Positions 49,777-58,633 of a stretch of DNA of 64,000 bases are shown here, one piece after another. The notes under the pieces were generated by a model. It did not search any database and was not told the origin of the DNA. It saw only the letters and a program-made list of their open reading frames with translations. Position 1 is the stretch's first letter; every line of letters begins with the position of its first letter. Source of the DNA: a virus (taxonomy: Duplodnaviria > Caudoviricetes). The DNA lies in the IMG/VR virus record IMGVR_UViG_3300037295_000333, positions 13,537 to 77,536 of that record. The stretch is one strand, 5' to 3'. The position numbers were made by a program, and so were the translations under genes.

Positions 49777-50193
49777 TTATTTTTTTAATCCAAATGTTAT
49801 TTTAATGGGACTTACTCCACCATTGCCACTAAGAGTGGCTTCCATTTCTTCAGAGTCTTTTGCTTCTAAGTTAGTATCTAAATCTGATTTGTAAGTCTGC
49901 AATATATACTTTGATGCTTGAAAGTGTTGTGGATGCTCTTTGTCTTCTAATATTTTTTGAACATTATCTGCTGCCATATCAACTAAGGTTCTTCTCATTA
50001 TTTGAAACATTGCCCTTAACTCTGGACTTTCAGAAAATGCACCTGAAACCTGCCAAAGTGGAATGTTACAATTTTTAGCTATCTCGCCTTTCGTTGTAAA
50101 TCCTAAAATCATTGCCTGTTCTATAAGAGTTGATATTCTTTTTAATTTTTCACTTTTTTCTCTGCTTGCTTTTTTTGCTACTGGTTTTCCCAT
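49777..50193 (-). CDS. terS: terminase small subunit
   Basis: HTH-like N-terminus, helical oligomerisation segment, directly upstream of terL. Confidence 0.7.
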   Translation of the reverse strand: MGKPVAKKASREKSEKLKRISTLIEQAMILGFTTKGEIAKNCNIPLWQVSGAFSESPELRAMFQIMRRTLVDMAADNVQKILEDKEHPQHFQASKYILQTYKSDLDTNLEAKDSEEMEATLSGNGGVSPIKITFGLKK

Positions 50194-50390
50194 TTTTATC
50201 TATTTTTTTATTGTCTCGTCTTCAATTGACTTTATGAAGAACTCTAAAGTTTTGCAACATATATTTAAAAATCCTGTTACTAATTTTATTGAGATTAAAA
50301 AAATCTTTGGTAAAAAGAGTAAAATTATAATAAATATTGATACAAATAATTTTCCTAATAATTTTACTACTTTCATTTGTTTTTTTGTTT

Positions 50391-50464
50391 TTGGAGATGG
50401 TTCGGGCTTTGAACCCGAATCTTTTCACTTTTGCAATTGCTTTTCCAATTAAGCTATCCATCTC
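50391..50464 (-). tRNA. tRNA-like element with a collapsed 4-nt anticodon loop
   Basis: GAGATGG/CCATCTC acceptor, GCTT-AATTGGAA-AAGC D arm, TCGGG-TTCAAAG-CCCGA T arm, anticodon arm TTGC-AAAA-GTGA. Confidence 0.65.
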
Positions 50465-50523
50465 TTTTTTTTAAACTTTTTTAATTAGATTTTCCTCCGT
50501 TCTTTTAAATTTGCATTATTTGT

Positions 50524-50787
50524 TTAAACTTCAGATGCTCTAGTTGTAGTTCTTAATGAATTATAAATTGATCCTGTAAATGCATTTCCTCCTGAGTATA
50601 TTGGGTTATATTTGTTACTTAACAATGCTTCCCAACTATTTACCTCAGAGACTTTAACTACTGACTTATCTTCTAATTTGCTTTCTAACCACTTTATGTA
50701 AAGAGAGCCTTGACTGTCATACAAAAATTGTGTAGACTTTTTGTATTTTTCAATCAATTCTTTTTCAAATTCTTTTCTTGTACTCAT
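50524..50787 (-). CDS. hypothetical protein
   Basis: ORF track. Confidence 0.6.
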   Translation of the reverse strand: MSTRKEFEKELIEKYKKSTQFLYDSQGSLYIKWLESKLEDKSVVKVSEVNSWEALLSNKYNPIYSGGNAFTGSIYNSLRTTTRASEV

Positions 50788-50802
50788 ATTTAATTTTTTA
50801 AA

Positions 50803-51291
50803 TTATTTTCCTCTATTCTCTTCTCCCCCAAAAACTCTAATTCTAGGCGTTAAATTTTCTTTCTTTACCTTTAAATCATTTGGAGTTTCAATTTGTAAAA
50901 ATTCAAGAATGTCTCCCATATAAACTTCTGCAATAGAATAATACTCAGATGCAGCCATTCTTGTAACATTTTTGTCTGAAGCCTCTTTGTCAATTATATA
51001 GCCTGAATCCGTAAAGGTTCCAGGAAACATTTTCAACAACCTAGAATATGTATAATAACACAATGCAGGTACAACTAAATTATAAAGTTCAATGTCTGCA
51101 GCTAATGTTGCATCAATACATCTTAGTAAATTAGGCTTTCCAATTATTCTTTGTATATCAACCCTTTGTGCTACAAGTGCCGCAGCTTTTAATTTTGTCT
51201 CATCAATGTCAGGCTGTATAGAAGTTGTGTCAACCATAGCATCAACGATATTATGAACAATTAATTGATTTTCATTTAGTATATTGTTCAT
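50803..51291 (-). CDS. putative head-tail adaptor
   Basis: Follows the portal; AQRVDIQRIIG...PALCYYTYSR pattern of Bacteroidota phage adaptors. Confidence 0.6.
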   Translation of the reverse strand: MNNILNENQLIVHNIVDAMVDTTSIQPDIDETKLKAAALVAQRVDIQRIIGKPNLLRCIDATLAADIELYNLVVPALCYYTYSRLLKMFPGTFTDSGYIIDKEASDKNVTRMAASEYYSIAEVYMGDILEFLQIETPNDLKVKKENLTPRIRVFGGEENRGK

Positions 51292-51294
51292 AAT

Positions 51295-52458
51295 TTATAT
51301 TTTTTGTGGAATTACATCTACATCAGTTTCGTCTAAATCTAGTTTTAATTTATTAATTTTTATACCTTTAGTTTTAAAAACTGATTTACTTAAAACTCTA
51401 TTTAGTTCTGACTCTATCGAATCTCTACCGCCTTGAGTTAAAGAATTAAAGACAAAGTAAGCGTCTGTTAAGTCAGCAGAACTAAAACCTGTTTTTTGGT
51501 CTGCACCTGATAAAATAGGTGGAATTAAATATGCTCCATTAATTACTTTATTAGAAATATCATACCCCTTTACAACTGCATCTATTACTGCACCTGCTCC
51601 AGCTGCCCCTGTTCCAATTTCTTCTAATATCGTTCCTTTTAATTCATTTTCAGAAAGTCCTGATAAGGTAATTACTTTTCCAGTTCCCCTTGCCCCTTGT
51701 GCTTGCACAATTGCATCTTCAAACTTTTCTAGGTTTGGGTCATCGGCATCCATCATTGTTTTTAAGATATAGGAAGAAATAAAACCAGTTGAGGTTTCTT
51801 TTCTAGCTAAAATACTATTTTCTATATCAGCTAATACAAAATTAACTGGAGCCTGTAAAGGTGGTACTGGATAGCTTGAATGTCCTGTTTCTGAGAAATA
51901 AAGTATTTGTCCATTGTAGTTGTCAATTCCTCCGTCAGTGGATTCGATTTGTTCTAACGCTCTACTTGGATTGTATCTATCAAACCATTTTACTCTATTT
52001 TTTGTAACTGGTCTTCTAACATTAAGTACAACTTCGGAGTTAAGTCCAAAATTTTTGTGATATCCTACTTGTGAAGAATAATTCAATTCATCAAATTCAT
52101 TAAACCTTAATTCAGCAATTCTCATCGGCATAATGCTTGATACTTCGCCTTTTAAATTAAAATTGCAATGAATTGCAAATGCTTCAAAGTAAGCATAATC
52201 ATCTGCTAAAATAGATACTACATTTTTTAAAGTAAGTCCTTGTAAACTTACTACTTCATCTTCTCCTTCAAATCCTGCACCTTTGTAGAATTGCGATACT
52301 CTCTTTACTGCAGGCTTTGCACTTGGACTTTGTTCTATTAGATTTTTTAAAGTTTGAGGAAAAGCGTTAACTTTTCCCCACTTCATTATTCCAACTGCAG
52401 TATCTTGTACAGTTTCTACAGAAGTAACTTCTGATAAATTTTGTATACTAAATGCCAT
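51295..52458 (-). CDS. portal protein
   Basis: WGKVNAFPQTLKNLIEQSPS...YKGAGF N-terminus, YPVP, IPPILSG; next to the terminase genes. Confidence 0.8.
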   Translation of the reverse strand: MAFSIQNLSEVTSVETVQDTAVGIMKWGKVNAFPQTLKNLIEQSPSAKPAVKRVSQFYKGAGFEGEDEVVSLQGLTLKNVVSILADDYAYFEAFAIHCNFNLKGEVSSIMPMRIAELRFNEFDELNYSSQVGYHKNFGLNSEVVLNVRRPVTKNRVKWFDRYNPSRALEQIESTDGGIDNYNGQILYFSETGHSSYPVPPLQAPVNFVLADIENSILARKETSTGFISSYILKTMMDADDPNLEKFEDAIVQAQGARGTGKVITLSGLSENELKGTILEEIGTGAAGAGAVIDAVVKGYDISNKVINGAYLIPPILSGADQKTGFSSADLTDAYFVFNSLTQGGRDSIESELNRVLSKSVFKTKGIKINKLKLDLDETDVDVIPQKI

Positions 52459-52504
52459 ATTTAAATTTTTTATTATTTACATCCGACATTTTAAATATCT
52501 GATT

Positions 52505-52762
52505 TTAAAATTCTCCAACAAACTCAACGTCTGAATGGGATTTGTTAACTGGGTCTTTGTAAGTTGGGTCTTCCAATCTTCTCAATGCATTTACGCAATG
52601 AGTAAATGAATAATCTCTTATCTTTGATTGATCTACTCCAAATTTTGCTGAAAAAATTTCATAAATAGCTTTTACGCTTATTACTCCAAATTGACTTCTC
52701 CATACATCTACCGCTAAAAATTGTTTTTTTTGTGAACCTTTATTCTTTTTTTTATTTTCCAT
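52505..52762 (-). CDS. hypothetical protein
   Basis: ORF track; shares its 5' leader with the C5 methyltransferase gene. Confidence 0.65.
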   Translation of the reverse strand: MENKKKNKGSQKKQFLAVDVWRSQFGVISVKAIYEIFSAKFGVDQSKIRDYSFTHCVNALRRLEDPTYKDPVNKSHSDVEFVGEF

Positions 52763-53719
52763 CTTGTTTTTGTTTGATGGTTGTGTGACAATATTGTCGT
52801 AATTAATTATTTTGCTTTAATCCCTTAAAAATATGTGCTATGACATCAACTGTCCATCCGTTGCCTATTGCATTTTTTCTAATATTTTCGCTAAACCCTA
52901 ATGTGTAATTATTAGGTAATGTTTGTAGTGACTCCCAATAATTTGAATTAGCCATTTCATAAACCCCCTCGTTATTATAAATGATGCTAGCAGATGTTGT
53001 CTGTCTGTTGCCAGTAGCTGTAAGTGTGGGTGTTTTTTCTTTTAAAATTGACTTATTATATGGGTTGAAAAAACAATTTACAGTTTCCCAGTTAATTAAT
53101 TTTCTATCTACAAATGGAACTACATCAATTTTATTAAACCATTGCTTACGGTATTCTATAACTTTTTTATTATCAATTGACTCTTTTATGTTAGGTATAT
53201 TTGTCCAATACAATCTTGGTCTATTTTGTGCAGAAACAATTCTGCTGTTAATTTTAATAGGCTTCACACCTAATGCTTCTGTAATTATGTTCTCCCACTC
53301 TTTTTTCATTACAACATTTTCAAGTAAAAAATATTTAGGACTACATTCTTTTAAAACTCTAACATATTCCCAAAACAAACCACTTTTGCCTTCAAAACCA
53401 GCGCCATTGCCTACACTTGAAAAACTTTGACAAGGGCTACCCCCAATTAATAAATCTATTTTTGGTAGTTCGTTAGTTTTTAATTCAATAATGTCACCTA
53501 ATTGTTTAGTGTTTGGGTAATTATTCATTGTTATTTTAATTCCATATTTGTCAATTTCACTAGCATAATAGTTATTAACTTTTATTCCCACTCTTTCTAG
53601 TGCAATTTGACCACATGACATTCCATCAAATAATGACAATACATTTATTCCTTCCTTATTTTCCATCTTGTTTTTTGTTTGATGGTTGTGTGGCAATATT
53701 GCCGTAATTTAATTATTTT
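52755..53719. repeat. ~60-bp direct repeat (52755-52813 and 53659-53719) flanking the C5 methyltransferase gene
   Basis: TTTTCCATCTTGTTTT(T)TGTTTGATGGTTGTGTGRCAATATTGYCGTAATT in both copies. Confidence 0.9.
52803..53666 (-). CDS. DNA cytosine-C5 methyltransferase
   Basis: LSLFDGMSCG, IGGSPCQ, LLENV, AQNRPRLYW, IGNGW; start moved to MENKEG at 53666. Confidence 0.93.
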   Translation of the reverse strand: MENKEGINVLSLFDGMSCGQIALERVGIKVNNYYASEIDKYGIKITMNNYPNTKQLGDIIELKTNELPKIDLLIGGSPCQSFSSVGNGAGFEGKSGLFWEYVRVLKECSPKYFLLENVVMKKEWENIITEALGVKPIKINSRIVSAQNRPRLYWTNIPNIKESIDNKKVIEYRKQWFNKIDVVPFVDRKLINWETVNCFFNPYNKSILKEKTPTLTATGNRQTTSASIIYNNEGVYEMANSNYWESLQTLPNNYTLGFSENIRKNAIGNGWTVDVIAHIFKGLKQNN

Positions 53720-53729
53720 TCTTTATATA

Positions 53730-53825
53730 AAATGAGGCAATACCTAGCACTTAGACGTTTTATTCACGGCTATGAATTGTATCTTAATTTTATTTCCTTT
53801 GTGTGCTGACCTCTTCGCCTCATTT
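53730..53825 (-). ncRNA. candidate structured RNA between the phage promoter and the methyltransferase gene
   Basis: AAATGAGGCGA/TTGCCTCATTT closing stem, AGCAC/GTGCT inner stem, ATTCA-TAGCCG-TGAAT hairpin. Confidence 0.4.
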
Positions 53826-53874
53826 ACATATAATTCTAAAGTTATTTTTAATATTAATTGAAATTTAAAAACGA

Positions 53875-53902
53875 CTTTTCTATCTATATGGGTGGAGTTA
53901 AG
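53875..53902 (-). promoter_or_regulatory. candidate phage RNAP promoter, copy 3 (drives MTase-portal-terminase operon)
   Basis: Minus strand CTTAACTCCACCCATATAGATAGAAAAG. Confidence 0.75.
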
Positions 53903-53951
53903 GGAATCTGTTGATAATCAACTATTTACAAATACCCATTTTTATCTAATT

Positions 53952-54913
53952 TTAACTAAAAAACCAATGCGATTTTATTACTAAATCAAAGTCGGTATCG
54001 GTATTTAGTCCTCCTAAATTTGGTATTTTAATTGTATTAATTAATTTTTGACTTGCCTTTGAGTCATCACATTGAGCCCTTAATTGATTGTCTAATGCCT
54101 TCAATGGATTTGACTTCATGAGTGAACTAAACACTTCTTTTGTTATCTCAAGCATTAAGCTAACGTGATTTGGATGACAGCCAAATGAGTCGTGAATCCA
54201 ATCGGTTTGAAATATTCCCTCTTCCTGCATTTTTAAAGCAACTCTTCGCAAAAGTTCAGCATCTAAAGAATGAACATAATTAGGACTAATTGCTGACTTC
54301 ATTTTTACTGGATTAATGTCCTCGGAATATGTTTTTTTCCATATCACTGTTGCTTTTCTTGAGCCTGGCAACAAACATGTAACTTGCTTTGGCTTCAATT
54401 CTTTTTTCTTTACGTGAATAACATGGAAGCCATCTGAGGTGTCCCACGTTATATGCTTGCCCCTTTTAGATATAACATTATTCATCTTGTGAATGTATGC
54501 TTCGAATGCTTTTCCCCCGTTTAAAACTCCAGCAATTGAGTCTCCAACAAACGAACTCAATAAAGATGAATTCTTTTTTGTTATGAACTTTCTATCTATA
54601 TCTTGAGTTCTAAGCATATCCCACATAATTTCTGACCTACCTCCTGCAGTTCCGCCGTAATTTGAAACCATTACTGGTTTTTTACATATTTTTCTTCCAT
54701 CTTTTTCTAAAAGCTGAAATAACGTCTGTAAGGCTTCCAAATTATCTTCTGGGGTAATTTTATCTATTTTTGTTTTTAGTAGCTCTAAAGACCTGCTAGA
54801 TACCAACAAATAGGCGTCCTGCCTTTTTTGTATCCCATACTCATCGTAAATTGGAATTACATTTGTTGCAATACATCCTGCTTTGTCCCCTGTCATTGCG
54901 CTTGTAAATTGTG
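53952..54913 (-). CDS. T7-type single-subunit RNA polymerase, exon 2
   Basis: (S)QFTSAMTGD, motif B RKICKKPVMVSNYGG, SPNYVHSLDA, motif C IHDSFG. Confidence 0.93.
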
Positions 54914-55607
54914 CGTTTGTGTTCAAATGAGTTTGTTAGGCTCACCCTGTTTACTTGATGAAAAGCAACTACTGCATCTTTATCATTGATTGCAGACCAG
55001 ACTATATCTTCACCTTTCTTTTTAGTTAAGGTGTCTCCCGTTTCGAATCACTTGATTCTACGAACTTTCGTTCTAGTCGTTGAAGATTACAAACTAACAC
55101 CTAGCTTTATACCAATCTTTTCCACTACAATATAAACCATTTTTTATGGCGTGTTTTACGTTTTCAATATGACTAACCACTTCTAAGTTATTTAGTCTGT
55201 TGTTATCTGTAACTCCGTCCTTATGATTTACAAACTCACTTTTTAAAAGTTGTCGCCCTATTTGTATTGAAGCTAAAAGTCTATGAACTAAATAGTTTTT
55301 TTGATTGACTTTTATTCTCATATATGGGTTTTTACTTTTACCATAATGAATGTGAGGCTTTAAAGTTTTTAGTTTTAAGCTTTTCTTTGTGCTATAAATT
55401 ACCCCATTTTTATCCGCAAAATAATTTTGCATTTCTGGAATTTGAATAATTTTAATTTGTCTTTCCTGCTGATTGTCCATATTAATTATTTTTACAACTT
55501 TAAAGCAAAATTCATGCCAAAAAATATTAAAACAAAGTTTGAAGGAGTTCCCAGACAATTAAAGAGATTATCTTTTAATATTTCTACCAAAAGGGGCTAC
55601 TAAATTA
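54914..55607 (-). mobile_element. group I intron (694 nt) in the RNAP gene
   Basis: 5' splice after ...TCAGGGT (55608) with IGS GCCCC; P element TTGTCTGGGAACTCC, Q AATCAGCAGG, R TCAACGACTAG, S AAGATATAGTCT; terminal G at 54914; joining restores DACNSG-SQFTSAM in frame (2322 nt, 773 aa). Confidence 0.92.
55094..55480 (-). CDS. intron-encoded HNH homing endonuclease
   Basis: LVHRLLA...FVNHKDGVTDNNRLNNLEVVSHIEN; lies between the Q and R elements; start moved to MDNQQ at 55480. Confidence 0.9.
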   Translation of the reverse strand: MDNQQERQIKIIQIPEMQNYFADKNGVIYSTKKSLKLKTLKPHIHYGKSKNPYMRIKVNQKNYLVHRLLASIQIGRQLLKSEFVNHKDGVTDNNRLNNLEVVSHIENVKHAIKNGLYCSGKDWYKARC

Positions 55608-56967
55608 ACCCTGAATTACACGCATCGAGATGAACCCTGCCTTTAAATAAATAGTTTTTGTCTTTCAAAAACTCTTTTAATTCTAGTTGATGAGAAAGGA
55701 ATTGGTAAGGCTCATCGGCTTCCATGTAGTTCGCTTCAATTAGTTCCCTTCCTCTTTCAACTCTATGAATAAATGCAATCTTGTCGTCTCCAAAGAGTGA
55801 TGCTAAATAAGCCCACGCCCAACTTTCTCCGCTTTCTGTAAGGATTTCGCCATCGGTATAATCAATCATTGACTTTATTGCATCTGACCCTTGAGGTGAA
55901 AGTCCAACTGAAATAGGATAAATTCTACCTCTAGAGTCATAAGAATGAGGAAAATAAATATGTTCTTCATCTCTATATCTGTTTGCAATTCCAATTGCTA
56001 ATTGAACTGCTCTATATTTTCCTACCGCAGATTCATAATCTCTCACCTCTGCATTGTATAGTTCAACTAATGAGCCGTATTTATCTCTCGCTTTTTTTAT
56101 TTGATCCGCTTCTTGTTCACTAAGTTTTTCATCCTTAATATCTTGTTCCCAATTTGAATCCGTACTATCAGGGTATTCTGATTTTACATAATCTTCTCTA
56201 TTTGGAATCTTAATATCTTGAATAACAATGTCTAGCATTTTAGTATTGATTTTCCAACTAACTGACTGTATGTAATTTACCGTATCGAATATCTTTTTAG
56301 AATACTTTGAATAGTTTACTTTTCCTGCTCTAGACCTAATTAAATCATATTGAAAAGTATGATAGCCTCCTAAAATAGAACCATCTTCATCAATATTCCA
56401 TTCTAAAGGCTTGATAACAATAGGCTCAGGAAAGAAAGCAATGTGTGCATCTGCTGCCAATTTGACAGTAATCGTTTCGGGCAAAGTGCATATATATCTT
56501 AAATGCGTGTAAATTTTAGCATCTTTAAAAAGAGATTGCCTTTGAACTTCAAAATATTGGCTTGCTTCAACCAAAACTTCTAAGAATCTCCAAGTAATGT
56601 CGAATGATAATTCAGGCATCACCTTTTTTTGAATTAAATTAACTCGCTTATGTCTTGTTGATGATTTTCCATTAAACTCACGGGACGTGTAAGAAGATAA
56701 TGTTAACAACAACATGGTGTCCATAATCTTTTGTAAAAGGAGTTGGTCGTCCACAAAGTAATCTTGTAATTGCTTTCGGTGAATGTTTGAACACTTACTT
56801 TCTATCCAGTCTCTAATCACTTCCACCAACTCTATGGATTCAGTCATTAAAAGTTGTTGACCCAATTGTGTCTGTCCTACCTTTTTAAAAGACCCGTTAC
56901 TTGATGAAATGTTTTTCCAAACTTTTTTTTCGCCCTTTGATTTCATTTCTTTTTCAAAATCGCACAT
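55608..56967 (-). CDS. T7-type single-subunit RNA polymerase, exon 1
   Basis: PLEW...GGY, DSRGRIYP, LSPQGSDAIKSMI, EADEPYQFL, motif A HLDACNSG. Confidence 0.93.
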
Positions 56968-57120
56968 TTTTTTATTTTTTAGATTGTTTTTAATTTACAA
57001 ATTAACTCTATTTTATTTTAAATACCTATTTTTAAACCTTTTTATTTGTTTAACAATTATTCTACTTCATATATCCCTATAAATACTATATATATACTCC
57101 CTTTTTTTTCAAGGGGGGTG

Positions 57121-57147
57121 TTTTCTATCTATATGAGTGGAGTTAAG
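57121..57147 (-). promoter_or_regulatory. candidate phage RNAP promoter, copy 4 (upstream of the RNAP gene itself)
   Basis: Minus strand CTTAACTCCACTCATATAGATAGAAAA. Confidence 0.7.
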
Positions 57148-57272
57148 GGGGGTACTGATAATCAATTAGTTACAAAAAAAAAAAAGTAGGGCAATTCTTA
57201 CGCTGATTAACAACCAAATTGTAAGAAAAACCGCTTACAATTACTACAATTTTAATTGATTTTAAGTAAGTA

Positions 57273-57827
57273 CTACCTACGCACTCCAAAATCACTTTTA
57301 CGTATTTTACACATCCTGTTATCTGTTTTGTGATGAAAAACAATTCCTTCAATATCATTTTCAGGATTAGATAAATATTCTTTTAAATATTCAAACGAAT
57401 TATCTTCTAAATTAATTCGTTCACATCCGTGAGCAATTAATTGATGTCCATTTATTTTTTCAGGGTTCCCTTGTATTTTAATTCCGCATAATTCATAAGT
57501 ATCATCTTGCCACTCTTCTTGTTGGTCGTATGCTTCAAAAAAATATTTATCTTCTTTCTTATTTCTATCGCATTTTAACCAGTGGGGATAATGTCCTGTA
57601 ATTAAATCAGCTTCTTGACAAGGAATTGCACCTTCAGGTATTTTCCTACCGTTTTTCACATCATATCTTTTATAAAGTTCCCCATTTAAAATAGTACAAC
57701 TTGTTCCGTCAAATTTCCTAGTCGGAATTCCTTCTTTAAAAGCCCATTCATTTTCAGGATTTACTTTGTTAATTACTCGTCTTAAATTGTTAGGGTTTTT
57801 TTTAAATAATGTGCTAATTTTTTTCAT
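57273..57827 (-). CDS. RNA ligase-like nucleotidyltransferase (DUF5565-like)
   Basis: TRKFDGT (KxDG motif I), TYELCG, IEGIVFHH, CKIRKSDFG. Confidence 0.7.
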   Translation of the reverse strand: MKKISTLFKKNPNNLRRVINKVNPENEWAFKEGIPTRKFDGTSCTILNGELYKRYDVKNGRKIPEGAIPCQEADLITGHYPHWLKCDRNKKEDKYFFEAYDQQEEWQDDTYELCGIKIQGNPEKINGHQLIAHGCERINLEDNSFEYLKEYLSNPENDIEGIVFHHKTDNRMCKIRKSDFGVRR

Positions 57828-57934
57828 TTTCTATTTTTTAAATTAATTTTCTGTAAAGATATAACTTTTATTCTTATAAAACAAAAAACCACTTAAAATA
57901 AATTAAGTGGTTAAATAAAATATAAAAATGAATA

Positions 57935-58165
57935 TTAAAATCTGTCATACTTAATTGCGTTATTGGCTGCCCTTCTCGCATCTTTAGGGGACATACCAGC
58001 AATCATAATGAAATCCTGCTCCAATTGTTGCACTTCAAAATTATCGTGGCTTAAAAACGCTGTTTCAAGTGTATTAAAATTTTCATTGTCAAAGTTTGGG
58101 TCGTTAATTACTGAATTAATTGTACCTACATTCAAAAATTCATTAGAACTGTTAATTTTTTTCAT
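57935..58165 (-). CDS. hypothetical protein
   Basis: ORF track. Confidence 0.6.
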   Translation of the reverse strand: MKKINSSNEFLNVGTINSVINDPNFDNENFNTLETAFLSHDNFEVQQLEQDFIMIAGMSPKDARRAANNAIKYDRF

Positions 58166-58176
58166 ATATTATTTAT

Positions 58177-58626
58177 TTATTTATTTGTTAATTGTTTTTT
58201 TAATATAACTAATCTTAACTTTTGATTCCACAAAGTATCTCTATCAAGCTTTGCTATAAATCTACCTTTATGTTGAGCTATTGTTAAATCAGTTTTTAAC
58301 ATTTCTCTACCCAATACATGAGTAGCAAATATATATTTTCTAAAAAAATATTTAGCTGTTTTTAAATTGTTTTTAATCATTTCAATTTCATCTATTACCT
58401 TTATTTTTTCATAGGTAATAATTTGAGAATAACCAAAATCTTTTATCCACAAATAACAACTGGATGTGCCTTCTTTTAAAAGGTTTTTTTGTTTTAAGAT
58501 TGTAACTGAAACTTTATCTATAACAATTTCTTGAGTTAGGTCTAAAATATAATGATTTTTGCCTATTGAACATTTTACTGCTACTACATTTTTAAAATGT
58601 TCTTTTACTTCTTTTTCTGTTTTCAT
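58177..58626 (-). CDS. hypothetical protein (EVKEHFKN family)
   Basis: ORF track; paralogous N-terminus with 1942-2412. Confidence 0.7.
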   Translation of the reverse strand: MKTEKEVKEHFKNVVAVKCSIGKNHYILDLTQEIVIDKVSVTILKQKNLLKEGTSSCYLWIKDFGYSQIITYEKIKVIDEIEMIKNNLKTAKYFFRKYIFATHVLGREMLKTDLTIAQHKGRFIAKLDRDTLWNQKLRLVILKKQLTNK

Positions 58627-58633
58627 ATATTAT

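Noticed and set aside
50222-50461. 79-aa ORF MDSLIGKAIAKVKRFGFKART
   Set aside because: Its start is a translation of the tRNA-like element at 50391-50464 and the rest is low-complexity
295-58208. Remaining short plus-strand ORFs in the track
   Set aside because: All lie antisense to well-supported minus-strand genes and show no motifs
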